In this document: one piece after another, positions 41,792 to 53,175 of the stretch | How positions within the stretch are numbered: the first letter of the stretch is position 1 | Layout of the letters: each line of letters begins with the position of its first letter | Assembly (NCBI GenBank): GCA_964384815.1 | Contig: CAYLLZ010000001.1 | Location: 971,612 to 1,035,611, forward strand | Length of the DNA stretch: 64,000 bases | Direction of reading: 5' to 3' | DNA from: an uncultured Afipia sp. | Lineage (GTDB): Bacteria; Pseudomonadota; Alphaproteobacteria; Rhizobiales; Xanthobacteraceae | Program-made: the position numbers and the translations under genes | Notes under the pieces: model-generated | Databases searched by the model: none | Seen by the model: the letters and a program-made list of their open reading frames with translations, nothing else | What the model was told of the DNA's origin: nothing

Positions 41792-42997
41792 ATGACCAGC
41801 GCCACCGCCGCGGATTTTTCCGACGACACCAAAGCCCGCGCCAATGTCCGGCGTCTTGCCGCCGCGCAGGCGATGACCGGCGCCAACACCGCCGTGATCT
41901 ACGCGACCGGATCGATCGTCGGCGCAACGCTCGCGCCCGATGTCGCGCTCGCCACGCTGCCGATCTCGATCTACGTGCTGGGCCAAGCCTGCGGCACGCT
42001 GCCGACCGGCGCGATCTCGCGGCTCTATGGCCGACGCGTCGCGTTCCTGATCGGCGCGGGCTGCGGCGCACTATGCGGCGTGCTCGCGTGCCTCGCCATC
42101 TTCTATGGCTCGTTCACGTTGTTCTGCGTCGCGACCTTCTTCGGCGGCACCTATGGCGCGGTGGCGCAGTCCTATCGCTTCGCCGCCACCGATGGCGCGA
42201 GCCCGGCCTACCGGCCGAAGGCGATCTCGCTGGTGCTGGCGGGCGGCATCTTCGCCGGCCTGCTCGGTCCGCAGCTTGTGCAATGGACGATGGATTTCTG
42301 GCAGCCTTATCTGTTCGCCGCGAGCTTCGTGGTGCAGACCGGCGTTGCGCTGGTGGCGATGGCCGTACTCTCCGGTGTCCACGCGCCCAAGCCCGAGGCG
42401 ACCGATCTTCACGGCGGACGCCCGCTGATCGCGATCGTGCGCCAGCCGCGCTTCATCGCCGCCGTGGTGTGCGGCACAGTCTCCTACACCATGATGAATT
42501 TCATGATGACGTCGGCGCCGCTGGCGATGAAGTTCTGCGGCCTGCCGATCGGCGCCTCGAACTTCGGAATTCAGTGGCACATCGTGGCGATGTACGGGCC
42601 GAGCTTCTTCACCGGAGCGCTGATCGTGCGCTTCGGCGCGCCAACCATAGTGGCGGTCGGCCTCGGGCTTGAAGCTCTCGCCGCCGCGATCGGACTGTCG
42701 GGCATCACGCCGATGCATTTCTGGGTGGCGCTGATCGTGATGGGGCTGGGCTGGAATTTCGGCTTCATCGGGGCCTCCGCGCTGGTGGTCGAGACTCACC
42801 GGCCGCAGGAACGCAACAAGGTGCAGGCGTTCAACGACTTCCTGGTGTTCGGAACGATGGCGCTGACATCGTTCGCCTCGGGCCACGTGCTGGCGAGCCA
42901 CGGCTGGGCGATAGTCAACATCCTGATCTTCCCGCCGGTGGCGATCGCATTGATTTGCGTTGCCCTGCTCATGCTCTACCGTCGCAGAACCGCCTGA
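41792..42997 (+). CDS. MFS transporter
   Basis: 401 aa with about 12 TM segments, and an ..LYGRRVAFLIGA.. loop 2-3 motif. Confidence 0.8.
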   Translation: MTSATAADFSDDTKARANVRRLAAAQAMTGANTAVIYATGSIVGATLAPDVALATLPISIYVLGQACGTLPTGAISRLYGRRVAFLIGAGCGALCGVLACLAIFYGSFTLFCVATFFGGTYGAVAQSYRFAATDGASPAYRPKAISLVLAGGIFAGLLGPQLVQWTMDFWQPYLFAASFVVQTGVALVAMAVLSGVHAPKPEATDLHGGRPLIAIVRQPRFIAAVVCGTVSYTMMNFMMTSAPLAMKFCGLPIGASNFGIQWHIVAMYGPSFFTGALIVRFGAPTIVAVGLGLEALAAAIGLSGITPMHFWVALIVMGLGWNFGFIGASALVVETHRPQERNKVQAFNDFLVFGTMALTSFASGHVLASHGWAIVNILIFPPVAIALICVALLMLYRRRTA

Positions 42998-43069
42998 GCA
43001 GAGCTATAGACGACCGGCACCACGCGCAGCGGCGATGCCGCCGCGCGCGCCGACATTTGGAGATTCAGG

Positions 43070-43852
43070 ATGACAAGCGAAAACGGCAAAACCGCAAAAC
43101 CGAAGATTGCGCTGGTGACCGGCGGCAGCCGCGGTCTCGGCCGCAGCACTGCGCTCAGCCTGGCGCGACACGGCGTCGATGTGGTGATCACCTACCATTC
43201 AAACCGGACAGAAGCGGACGCCACCGTCGCCGCCATCAAACAGCTCGGCCGCAAGGCCACCGCGCTGCAGCTCGACACCGGCGCGATCGCAACCTTCGAT
43301 GCCTTCGTCGCCCAGTTGAAAGACGCACTGCGCGAGATCTGGGGCACAATGCAGTTCGACTATCTCGTCAACAATGCCGGCATCGGCTTCTCCCGGCCGT
43401 TCGCCGAGACCACCGAGGCCGAGTTCGACACCCTGATGAATATCCATTTCAAGGGCGTGTTCTTCCTCACCCAGAAGCTGCTGCCGGTGATCGCCGATGG
43501 CGGCCGCATCGTGAACCTGTCGAGCGGACTTGCCCGCTTCAGCCTGCCCGGCATGGCGGCCTATGCGGCGATGAAAGGCGCGATCGAGGTGCTGACACGC
43601 TATCTCGCCAAGGAGCTCGGGCCGCGCGGCATCGCCGTCAACACGGTGGCGCCGGGCGCCATTGAGACCGATTTCGGCGGCGGCCGTGTGCGTGACAATC
43701 CGGAGGCCAATCGTCAGGTCGCATCCGGCACCGCGCTGGGACGCGCCGGACTGCCGGATGACATCGGCCCGATGATCGCTTCGCTGCTGTCGGAGGATAA
43801 TCGCTGGATCAACGGCCAGCGCATCGAGGTCTCGGGCGGCGTCTTCCTGTAA
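43070..43852 (+). CDS. SDR-family oxidoreductase
   Basis: ..ALVTGGSRGLGRS.. (TGxxxGxG), ..NNAG.., and the catalytic ..YAAMKGAIE.. (YxxxK). Confidence 0.85.
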   Translation: MTSENGKTAKPKIALVTGGSRGLGRSTALSLARHGVDVVITYHSNRTEADATVAAIKQLGRKATALQLDTGAIATFDAFVAQLKDALREIWGTMQFDYLVNNAGIGFSRPFAETTEAEFDTLMNIHFKGVFFLTQKLLPVIADGGRIVNLSSGLARFSLPGMAAYAAMKGAIEVLTRYLAKELGPRGIAVNTVAPGAIETDFGGGRVRDNPEANRQVASGTALGRAGLPDDIGPMIASLLSEDNRWINGQRIEVSGGVFL

Positions 43853-43878
43853 GTTTCAACACCTGCCAGACGACAGCT

Positions 43879-45405
43879 TTACTTGCCGCCCTGCGCCATC
43901 GCCTTCGGCCGCACCACGCCCCAGCCGATCCGCAGCGCGTCCTGCCGGCCGCTCACCAGAGGCGTGAACACGCGCGGCACTTCCGGCACCAAGCCAGGAA
44001 ACCGCGCGGCCAGTTCAGCCGGTGGCGCGCCCACGGTGTCGGTGGCGCGCCACACCACGAGACCGCCGGTCTCGACAAACTTCTCCGCCGTCAGCCATGG
44101 CGTGCGCTCGGGTGCGGCATCGAGGAACACGCGCGGCCGGGTCGGCGCGCCGATGCCGACCAGCGCGGCAAGCTGCGGATCGCCCGCCACCGCCTGCAGC
44201 GGCGCGTTGGTACGCAGGCGATAATTGTCGCTGAAGAAACGGCCCATGGTGGATGCCGGCAGCAGCGTCCTGACCTCGGCGTTGCTGGTCCATGGCTGGA
44301 TGAAGGTGGTTCCCAGCACCAGCAGCGCGGGCGCGAGAATCGCCAGCAGCCAGATCGTGCGCAGCACTTCCTGCCGCCGCAGATGGATCAGATCGCCTGC
44401 CGCGACGATCACGGCAAGGCCGACCATGAGCAGCGCGACGCCCTCGCCGCCGAGGACATGATCGCGGCCGAGCCACGCCGACAACAGGCTAAGCACCAGC
44501 GCAGGCGCGAGCGCGAAGGTATAGACGAACTGCCGCGCCAGCGGCTCCACCGGCGGCCGGAAGATCACCGGCGCATCCTCCGCCTTCGCCTTGCGATCGA
44601 AACCCTTCCAGTTGGCGATCGCCAGCACCGCGATGCCGGCGAGCCCGAGCGCGAGGTGAGCGAGCAAGGCGCCGAAGCCTTCCAGCGCAGCAAGCGGATC
44701 GCTTCCGACCGCCAGCGGCGGCCTTGTGCCGCTGCGCAGCAGCCACACGACATAAGGCAGCGCCAGCATTCCGATCACCAGCGCCTCGAACAGCGGGTTC
44801 AGCGAACGCAGCGTCTGGCGGCCCTGCGCTGTCGCCAGCGCGAAGGCAGCCAGCAGCAGCACCAGCACGATCGCGACCGGCGTGGTCAGGAACAGGAGCC
44901 CGATCTCGATCGACAAAGCGAACCACGCCGCCTGCTGCCTCTGCCCGATCACCCGCCAGGCATGGAGCAGCACCAGCGCCCAGAGCGGACAGGCCAGCAC
45001 GGCGGGACCAAATTCGACGGCGGGAAAACTGAATGCCGTGACGGTCGCGGTCAGCAAGGCGGCGAGCACGGCCTGCTGGCCGCCGACAATGGCGCGGCCC
45101 AGCGTGAACACCGCCCACAACGTCACCACAAAGCAGAGCTGCGAGAGCAGATAGACGCCGAACATGTGCCCGCCGGCGAGACGGAAAGCGATGTCCGCCA
45201 GCCAGAACGCCAGCGGCGGCCCCATATCGGTGCCGACCTGATATTCGCGGCCGAACGCCAGCACGGTGGCGAGATCGCCGGGCGGGCTGGCATAGAGCAG
45301 CACCGGCAGGATGAACCACAGCGCGGCCTGAAACAGCACCGCGACCCAGAAGATCAGCCGGGGCCGGGCGCGAACCAGTTCAACGATCAGGGAAGTGAAG
45401 CGCAT
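43879..45405 (-). CDS. polytopic membrane protein, GT39/ArnT-like glycosyltransferase family (tentative)
   Basis: 508 aa with about 11 TM helices followed by a soluble C-terminal domain, an arrangement like PMT/ArnT-family transferases. No catalytic motif verified. Confidence 0.5.
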   Translation of the reverse strand: MRFTSLIVELVRARPRLIFWVAVLFQAALWFILPVLLYASPPGDLATVLAFGREYQVGTDMGPPLAFWLADIAFRLAGGHMFGVYLLSQLCFVVTLWAVFTLGRAIVGGQQAVLAALLTATVTAFSFPAVEFGPAVLACPLWALVLLHAWRVIGQRQQAAWFALSIEIGLLFLTTPVAIVLVLLLAAFALATAQGRQTLRSLNPLFEALVIGMLALPYVVWLLRSGTRPPLAVGSDPLAALEGFGALLAHLALGLAGIAVLAIANWKGFDRKAKAEDAPVIFRPPVEPLARQFVYTFALAPALVLSLLSAWLGRDHVLGGEGVALLMVGLAVIVAAGDLIHLRRQEVLRTIWLLAILAPALLVLGTTFIQPWTSNAEVRTLLPASTMGRFFSDNYRLRTNAPLQAVAGDPQLAALVGIGAPTRPRVFLDAAPERTPWLTAEKFVETGGLVVWRATDTVGAPPAELAARFPGLVPEVPRVFTPLVSGRQDALRIGWGVVRPKAMAQGGK

Positions 45406-45497
45406 GTCGCGGCAAGACCGGCTGGCGCTTCTTCCGCGGAGCCGGAAACTGCGCTTGATGGAACGTCCGAGCGCGCTTGATAAAGCGCGCGGGCCGA

Positions 45498-46322
45498 TCA
45501 GGCAACTTGGGCCGTGACCTCGACGATCTCGTCGGCCTGGACCATGACCTCGACCTGCTCGAGCCGCAGCGCTGGCTGGGGCTCAAGACCGGTGCCGTGC
45601 TTGACATGAGCGGCGGCGACCGGCGCGAAAAACCGGCGGTGATGGACGGTCGGCCCGAGCCGGTCGAGCGCGGCGAGATGGACCGGCACCGAATAGCCCA
45701 TATGCGAGTCGAAGCCGTAGCCGGGATGCTGCTGCGCCAGACGGCACATCAAGCGGTCGCGCGTCACCTTGGCGACGATCGAGGCCGCCGCGACCGACAG
45801 CACGAGGCCGTCGCCGCCGATCACCGCCTCGCAATCGCACGGCACGTCGATACGGTCGCGGCCATCCACGAACACATGCTTCGGCGTCTCCGGCAACGCA
45901 CGGACGGCCCGCGCCAGCGCCCAAAGCGAGGCGCGCAGGATATTGTCGCGATCGATCCGCGACGGCGGCGCGGCCGCGACCGATACCAGAGCGGTGGCGC
46001 AGATTTCCTCGAACAGCACTTCGCGGCGCTCGGGAGTGAGACGCTTGGAATCGTTGATGCCCTTGGGGATCCGCGCCGGATCAAGAATTACGGCGGCGGC
46101 GACCACCGGCCCGGCCAGCGGCCCCCGCCCGACCTCGTCGCAACCGGCGACCGGCCAGATGCCACGCTTGATCAGCGCGCGCTCACGCCGAAAGGTGGGC
46201 GCGGCCGGCGCTGCAGCCGTTTTGGCAGCGACCGTTTTGGCCGGTTGTTTCGCGCGCGGAACCGCGGAGGGTTTCTCTCGACTCATGCGGTTATGCTTGC
46301 GTCCTTCAGCCGGAGCGCGCAA
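45498..46322 (-). CDS. rnhB: ribonuclease HII
   Basis: ..[21 protein letters not shown].. (DEVGRG active site) and ..DSK.L....R... The start may be the internal Met at MSREK. Confidence 0.85.
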   Translation of the reverse strand: MRAPAEGRKHNRMSREKPSAVPRAKQPAKTVAAKTAAAPAAPTFRRERALIKRGIWPVAGCDEVGRGPLAGPVVAAAVILDPARIPKGINDSKRLTPERREVLFEEICATALVSVAAAPPSRIDRDNILRASLWALARAVRALPETPKHVFVDGRDRIDVPCDCEAVIGGDGLVLSVAAASIVAKVTRDRLMCRLAQQHPGYGFDSHMGYSVPVHLAALDRLGPTVHHRRFFAPVAAAHVKHGTGLEPQPALRLEQVEVMVQADEIVEVTAQVA

Positions 46323-46384
46323 CCGCTAATCCCCGTTATTCATTCCACTTGGCCGGGCCGCGGCGGATTCATGACGCCTGCGAT

Positions 46385-47545
46385 TCAGAACAGATCGAGC
46401 TGTTCGCTACCCTTCTTCGGCCGGACGAAATGGGCGGTGGTCAATCTGGTCCGGCGCTTGTTGAGGCCGAGCCGCTCGCAGGCCATGTCGAACCTGCGGC
46501 CGATCATCCAGGCCAGCGGCCCGGTGCCCGACATCCGCGTGCCCCACTGCGAGTCGTAATCGCGACCGCCGCGCATGTCGCGGATCAGCGTCATGACATG
46601 ACGGTAGCGGTCCGGATAATTCGCCATCAGCCATTCGCGGAACAGGTCGCGCACCTCCAGCGGCAGGCGCAGCACGGTATAATTCGCCTCCTTCACGCCG
46701 GCATGGGCGGCGGCATCGAGTATGCGTTCCATCTCCGCATCGTTCAGCGCCGGAATGATCGGCGCCGTCATCACCACGGCCGGAATGCCGGCCTCGGTCA
46801 ACTGACGCAGCGCCGCGAGCCGCTTCGGCGGTGTCGATGCGCGCGGCTCCATGGTGCGCGCGAGTTTCGGATCGAGCGTCGTCACCGAGATCGCCACCTT
46901 GGCGAGATTGCGCCGCGCCATCCGCGCCAGGATGTCGATATCGCGCACCACCAGCGAAGACTTGGTGACGATGCCGACCGGATGCCCGGCCTTCTCCAGC
47001 ACTTCGAGAATGCCGCGCATGATTTTGTGTTCGCGTTCGATCGGCTGATACGGATCGGTGTTGGTGCCAATCGCGATCACCTTCGGCTCATAGCCGGGCG
47101 CGGCCAGTTCCTTTTCCAGCAGTTGCGGCGCATCCGGCTTGACGAACAGCCGGCTCTCGAAATCGAGGCCGGGCGACAGGCCCATATAGGCGTGGGTCGG
47201 CCGCGCGAAACAATAGACGCAGCCGTGCTCGCAGCCACGATACGGATTGATCGAACGATCGAAACCGATATCAGGCGAGTCGTTGCGGCTGATGACCTTG
47301 CGCGCGGTATCGACCGCCACCGTGGTCTTGAACGGCGGCAATTCATCGAGGCTCTGCCAGCCATCGTCGAACGCGACCCTCGCCTCGGCCTCGAAGCGAC
47401 CGCTGGCATTGGACTGCGCACCGCGCCCGCGGCGGCGCTCGCGGTCGATTGCGATGCCGATCTCGGCGAAATCAGGGGGCGCACCCGCCGGCCCTGAGAG
47501 GGGCATTACCGGCGGGTGCTTGAGGGCATGGGGTGTGCGACTCAT
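46385..47545 (-). CDS. PA0069-family radical SAM protein (SplB/COG1533-like)
   Basis: ..INPYRGCEHGCVYCFARPTH.. (CxxxCxxC cluster) preceded by ..GRGAQSN.SGRFE.., typical of the PA0069 family. ATG at 47545. Confidence 0.8.
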   Translation of the reverse strand: MSRTPHALKHPPVMPLSGPAGAPPDFAEIGIAIDRERRRGRGAQSNASGRFEAEARVAFDDGWQSLDELPPFKTTVAVDTARKVISRNDSPDIGFDRSINPYRGCEHGCVYCFARPTHAYMGLSPGLDFESRLFVKPDAPQLLEKELAAPGYEPKVIAIGTNTDPYQPIEREHKIMRGILEVLEKAGHPVGIVTKSSLVVRDIDILARMARRNLAKVAISVTTLDPKLARTMEPRASTPPKRLAALRQLTEAGIPAVVMTAPIIPALNDAEMERILDAAAHAGVKEANYTVLRLPLEVRDLFREWLMANYPDRYRHVMTLIRDMRGGRDYDSQWGTRMSGTGPLAWMIGRRFDMACERLGLNKRRTRLTTAHFVRPKKGSEQLDLF

Positions 47546-47568
47546 GAGGCCAGCATAGCCGCCCTTAA

Positions 47569-47583
47569 GAACAAAACAAGAAC
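47569..47583. promoter_or_regulatory. alphaproteobacterial SOS (LexA) box candidate, GAAC-N7-GAAC
   Basis: GAACaaaacaaGAAC, an exact match to the GTTC-N7-GTTC direct-repeat consensus, 24 nt upstream of the radical SAM start. A third GAAC lies 10 nt further on (47594-47597). Confidence 0.5.
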
Positions 47584-47654
47584 AAATATTTTTGAACCAC
47601 AGGGAGCTTTCACCGCGCCGCAGCGTTGGCCTGCATTCGAGAGAGGAGAACCAC

Positions 47655-47969
47655 ATGCGGAAGATTTTGATGACGGCAGCAGCCACCGGCTTTGCGGCGG
47701 CGGCTTTCGTGTCGATCGGCTCGACGGTGGCCAGCGCCGGCACCGTCTGCCTCACCGACAAGGAACAAGGCGGCAATTACCAGAGCTGCGAATTCTACAG
47801 CTTCCGGCAATGCCGGGCCACGGCGCAAGGCATCGGCGGAACCTGCGTGCGCAACCCCTACCCCGATGAAGGCGCCTCCTGGGGCGGTCCGTTCATGGAG
47901 TTCGGCTCGAGCTACAATCGCTATGACGGGCCGATCTATGGCGGCGGCTACTACGAGCGCCGCTACTAA
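47655..47969 (+). CDS. DUF3551-domain secreted protein
   Basis: GAGAGGAGAA RBS, a signal peptide, then ..VCLTDKEQGGNYQSCEFYSFRQCRATAQGIGGTCVRNPY.., the Cys pattern of DUF3551. Confidence 0.65.
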   Translation: MRKILMTAAATGFAAAAFVSIGSTVASAGTVCLTDKEQGGNYQSCEFYSFRQCRATAQGIGGTCVRNPYPDEGASWGGPFMEFGSSYNRYDGPIYGGGYYERRY

Positions 47970-48122
47970 GACCGGTCATCCAGCAAACGGCGGTCCCGTC
48001 CTGAGCGGGATCGCCGTCCTGCCTTGACGCGCATCGAACTGCCGCAAATTGCAGCACACGAAGACATGGCCTTGCGGCCGCGACGTGCTAAGCATGCCGC
48101 GGTTGTTTGTCCTTAGCGTTGC

Positions 48123-48701
48123 GTGCTCATGATTAGCGTCATCATCCCCACCGAAGGCGTCGAGCAGCCCGTGGTTGCCACGCTGAGTGCTCTGGTGTCC
48201 GGCGCAGCCGCCGGTCTGGTGCGCGATGTTGTGCTGGTGGAACGCACGCAAGGCGAGGCTGTCGAACATGTCGCCGATGTCGCCGGCTGCAATTTCATCA
48301 GGCACCAGGGATCGCAAGCCGCGGCGCTGGCCGCCGGCGTGCGTGTTGCGCGCGCGCCGTGGCTGATGTTCCTGCATCCCGGCGCGGTGCTCGACACCGG
48401 CTGGATCGACGAGACCGCGCAGTTCATCGAGACGGTCTCGCTCAGCGGCAAACCGCGTGCGGCCATGTTCCGTTACGCCCGCTCGCCTTACGCCAAGAAT
48501 GGCATCGGCCAGAACCTGCACCGGCTCTCGCGGCTGATCGCCGGTCCTTCGACCGAACAGGGATTGCTGATCGCGCGCGAGCACTATGAGCGGCTCGGCG
48601 GCTACGCCGGCGAAGCGCGGCGTGCGGAAGCCAAACTGCTGGCCAATATCGGCCGCGCCGGACGCATTATGTTGCGGACGCGGATTTTCGTGCCGGCGTA
48701 A
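48123..48701 (+). CDS. short glycosyltransferase-family-2-like protein (tentative)
   Basis: The N-terminal ..ISVIIPT.. beta-strand start and ..APWLMFLHPGAVL.. resemble GT-A fold proteins. At only 192 aa, the function is uncertain. Confidence 0.45.
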   Translation: MLMISVIIPTEGVEQPVVATLSALVSGAAAGLVRDVVLVERTQGEAVEHVADVAGCNFIRHQGSQAAALAAGVRVARAPWLMFLHPGAVLDTGWIDETAQFIETVSLSGKPRAAMFRYARSPYAKNGIGQNLHRLSRLIAGPSTEQGLLIAREHYERLGGYAGEARRAEAKLLANIGRAGRIMLRTRIFVPA

Positions 48702-48709
48702 TCGTCGCG

Positions 48710-49267
48710 TTATTTCGCCTGCGCCTTGCCGCGCTTCAGATGCTCGTCCAGCCGCGGCATGATCTCGACGAAATTGCAGGGCTGTGCGCGATAATCGAGC
48801 TGATGCGCAAGAATGCCGTCCCAGCCATCCTTGCAGGCGCCGGGCGAGCCCGGCAGGCAGAAAATGTAAGTCGCACCGGCAACGCCCGCAGTGGCGCGGC
48901 TCTGGATGGTCGAGACGCCGATCTTGGCGTGGCTGATCATATGGAAGGCGATCGAAAAGCCGTCCATGCGCTTCTCGAACAGCGGCTCGATGGCTTCCGG
49001 CGTGACATCGCGCCCGGTGAAGCCGGTGCCACCGGTGGTGATGATCGCATCGATGCCGGGATCGGCGATCCATCCCCTCACCTTTGCCTGGATCGCAGGC
49101 ACATCGTCGGTGACGATATCGCGGGCGGCGAGCCGGTGGCCGGCCGCGGTGAGACGATCGGCCAGCACGCCGCCGGATTTGTCATCGGCCAGGCCACGAG
49201 AATCCGAAATCGTCAGCACCGCGATATTGAGCGGGATGAAAGGCTTGGACTCGTCAATTCTCGACAT
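48710..49267 (-). CDS. moaB: molybdenum cofactor biosynthesis protein B
   Basis: ..IAVLTISDSR....DKSG..L...L...GH.., ..IITTGGTGFTGRDVTPEA.. MoaB/MogA fold motifs. ATG at 49267. Confidence 0.85.
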   Translation of the reverse strand: MSRIDESKPFIPLNIAVLTISDSRGLADDKSGGVLADRLTAAGHRLAARDIVTDDVPAIQAKVRGWIADPGIDAIITTGGTGFTGRDVTPEAIEPLFEKRMDGFSIAFHMISHAKIGVSTIQSRATAGVAGATYIFCLPGSPGACKDGWDGILAHQLDYRAQPCNFVEIMPRLDEHLKRGKAQAK

Positions 49268-49372
49268 CGCTTGATCCGTGACAGGGCATGACCGGACGCG
49301 GCCATGCCTCACCGTTCATCTTAGGAAAAGGCGAAGGCCCGGTACAAGGCCGGGCCTCTCAGACCTGTCAGG

Positions 49373-50311
49373 CTAGAGCCTGTCGGTCCCGAAAGTGTTG
49401 CAGGCTGCGACGGTGCCCTGCTGATAGCCGGTCATGAACCAGCGCTTGCGCTGTTCGGCCGAACCGTGGGTAAAGGAATCCGGCACCACGCGACCCTGCG
49501 TCTTGCGCTGCAAGGTGTCGTCGCCGATTGCCGCCGCGGTCCGCAACGCGCCTTCGATGTCGCCGCTCTCGATGAAGCCCGGCCGCTTCTTCGCCTCGCG
49601 ATTGACCCAGACGCCGGACAGGCAGTCCGCCTGCAACTCGACCCTGACCTGAATGGCGTTGGCCTCGGCGCGGCTGCCGGCCTGCTGCTGCGCCGCCGTG
49701 GCGCGCGATAGCACCCCGAGCAGGTTCTGGACATGGTGGCCGGCCTCATGCGCGATGATGTAGGCGGTGGTGAACTTGCAGGCGCTGCCCTGGCAGCCGC
49801 CGAACTTGGTTTCGATCTCGCGGAAGAAACCGGTATCGAGGAAGATCTGCTTGTCAGGCGGGCAATAGAACGGTCCCATCGCCGACTGCGCCATGCCGCA
49901 GCGGCCGCCATTGGTGGCGTTGCGGAACAGCACGATGCGCGGGCCCTGATAGGTGCGGCCGCTCTCGCGGAAGATCTCGCTCCAGCGGTCGTCGATCTCG
50001 CCGAGCACGCCGGAGATCATGCTGCCCATCTCGTCGGTCGGCGCTCCGGTCTTGGCGGGCGCGCTGCGGCGGTCGGTCTGATAGGTCGGAGCCTGACCAC
50101 CACCGGTGAGGATTTCGGCGCCGCCGATCAGGATGCGCGGATCGATGCCGACCGCCCAGCCGATCAGGCCGAGCACGATCACGGTGCCGATGCCGAGACC
50201 GCCTCCGCCGCCTCTCGGAAAACCAAACCCGCCTCCGCCGCCGAAGCCGCCACCGCCATCCTCGCGGCGATCGTCGATATTGTCGCTGCGGCGGAAATCA
50301 TCATAACGCAT
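49373..50311 (-). CDS. YpfJ-type neutral zinc metallopeptidase
   Basis: Starts MRYDDFRRSDNIDDRR, followed by a Gly-rich stretch, a TM helix and the ..AYIIAHEAGHHVQ.. HExxH motif. AAGGAGAG RBS. Confidence 0.8.
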   Translation of the reverse strand: MRYDDFRRSDNIDDRREDGGGGFGGGGGFGFPRGGGGGLGIGTVIVLGLIGWAVGIDPRILIGGAEILTGGGQAPTYQTDRRSAPAKTGAPTDEMGSMISGVLGEIDDRWSEIFRESGRTYQGPRIVLFRNATNGGRCGMAQSAMGPFYCPPDKQIFLDTGFFREIETKFGGCQGSACKFTTAYIIAHEAGHHVQNLLGVLSRATAAQQQAGSRAEANAIQVRVELQADCLSGVWVNREAKKRPGFIESGDIEGALRTAAAIGDDTLQRKTQGRVVPDSFTHGSAEQRKRWFMTGYQQGTVAACNTFGTDRL

Positions 50312-50607
50312 CAGACTCTCCTTGGCCGGGCGGCACACTCGGTCAGTGGCCTATCGATGACATCATGTGATGTCAAAGCGGCAACAATCAATTGGTTGCA
50401 AGTTATCGTGCCCGGCAAATTTTGCCTAGGCCAGACGACGACCCGACGCCTGCGACGGAAATACCGTCGCCTCGCGCATGCAGCGACAGCAAGAGCAACA
50501 GAACACGTTCAATGGACAAGCGATCCACGCGATGCATCACGCGCGTTGACACACAACATCATGCAATATCGAACATGCGCATGCGAAATACAAAAACGCG
50601 AGTGCGG

Positions 50608-50622
50608 TTAAGCCGATTTTTA
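50608..50622. promoter_or_regulatory. CtrA-box-like motif (TTAA-N7-TTTA) upstream of ccrM
   Basis: TTAAgccgattTTTAC versus consensus TTAA-N7-TTAAC (one mismatch), about 90 nt upstream of the ccrM ATG. Confidence 0.3.
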
Positions 50623-50685
50623 CCTTGGACATTCATGGTGATGCCAGTCGGATTTGTTGGTCCCGCGTCGCCGACTGCGTCGCCT

Positions 50686-51836
<1,151 letters not shown>

Positions 51837-51858
51837 GCTCCATCTTCCTTTTCAGAAT

Positions 51859-51889
51859 AAAAAACGGACGCCGGCAGCGTCCGTTTTTG
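51859..51889. terminator. bidirectional intrinsic terminator
   Basis: AAAAA-ACGGACGC-cggca-GCGTCCGT-TTTT between the convergent ccrM and lipoprotein genes. Confidence 0.6.
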
Positions 51890-51913
51890 CTTGGCGCGTT
51901 CGCGTTGCCGGAG

Positions 51914-52384
51914 CTAGCCGCGCAGCAGGCGGTAACGCTTGTGCATGAGGCAGGTGTTGACCACCAGCGCGTAGTCCGCCGTGGCCTGATCGGCGGTGAT
52001 CGCGCCGCCTTCCGCCACCGCACCGCCGGCCTGCTGGGCCGCATCGGTCGCGTGGTAGAGCGTGCGCGCCTGCCGGAAGCTCGAAACCGGAATGAAGGAC
52101 GCCGCTGCGCCCGCCACGGCGAGTGCGGTGCCTGCGGCCTGCTGCTGGCGCGCCTGACGAGCGGCCGCTTCCTGCGGCGCCGCCTGCTGCCGGCATTCGG
52201 CCAGATCGCGACGATACTTGTCGGGATTGACCCGGTGCATGTCGACCAGCGGCTCGTAGATCGGCGGCAGGGCCTCGCTGCTCGCCGCGGTGTTGGACGC
52301 GGCAACCGCCGGCCCCGTGCTCTGCGCCGTCTGGTTGCAACCGGCGACCAGCAGCCCCAATCCCATCAAAAAAATCAAACGCAT
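51914..52384 (-). CDS. lipoprotein, unknown function
   Basis: MRLIFLMGLGLLVAGCNQ is a lipobox (L-V-A-G-C). The mature part is Ala/Gln-rich. ATG at 52384. Confidence 0.55.
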   Translation of the reverse strand: MRLIFLMGLGLLVAGCNQTAQSTGPAVAASNTAASSEALPPIYEPLVDMHRVNPDKYRRDLAECRQQAAPQEAAARQARQQQAAGTALAVAGAAASFIPVSSFRQARTLYHATDAAQQAGGAVAEGGAITADQATADYALVVNTCLMHKRYRLLRG

Positions 52385-52548
52385 GAATGCCCCCACTGTG
52401 ACGCGGACAGAAAACCCGTCGAATAAACGCGCCAACAAGCAGGGCCGCCGCGGCAAGGCAAGCCACCGAACAGGGGGTCTGCGATATTTTTTCAGGGCCG
52501 CTTGCTGGCCGAGGGCCCGGTGCTCAGTGCGAGCCAGACTTGAAGGTC

Positions 52549-53175
52549 TCAGGCCCGATAAACGGCGAGCACCTTCTGCACCGCAGCGCGCTCCTTCATG
52601 CGCCGGTAATGCTCCGAAACCTTCGGGAAGTCGGCGATATCGACGCTGTCGCCCTTCGCCCAGCCCGCCACCGTAAACAGATACGGATCGCAGATGGTGT
52701 AGGTCTCGCCCATCACCCAGGGCCCGCGCAGGAGCCTGTTCTCGACGAGATCGAAACCGGCGCGAACGTTCTCGGGCACCTTGCGGCGCATGTCCTCGAA
52801 TGACGATTCCTCGGTGGCCCAGCGGCGACCGCGCATCCGGTGCGCATGGGCGACATGCATGCTCGAACAGACATAGCTGTTGAAGGCATGCACTTCGGCG
52901 AACGCGAACGGATCGTTCAACGGCGCAAGGCCGGCCTTCGGCGCAAGCTGCGCGATGAAGGCGAGGATCGCGGGCGTCTCGGTCAGAATGCCATGATCGG
53001 TCACCAGCGCCGGGACGCGGCCCTTGGGATTGATCGCGAGATATTCCGGGCTGTTCTGCTGGTTCGCCTTCATATCGACCGGTTCGGCCGTGTAGTCGAG
53101 GCCGGCATCTTCAAGCGCGATATGCGAGGCCAGCGAGCACGTGCCGAGGCCGTAATAGAATTTCAGCATCTTCAT
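52549..53175 (-). CDS. glutathione S-transferase
   Basis: 208 aa. N-terminal thioredoxin-like ..KFYYGLGTCSLASHIALE.., ..GRVPALV.. and a C-terminal helical GST domain. Confidence 0.85.
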   Translation of the reverse strand: MKMLKFYYGLGTCSLASHIALEDAGLDYTAEPVDMKANQQNSPEYLAINPKGRVPALVTDHGILTETPAILAFIAQLAPKAGLAPLNDPFAFAEVHAFNSYVCSSMHVAHAHRMRGRRWATEESSFEDMRRKVPENVRAGFDLVENRLLRGPWVMGETYTICDPYLFTVAGWAKGDSVDIADFPKVSEHYRRMKERAAVQKVLAVYRA

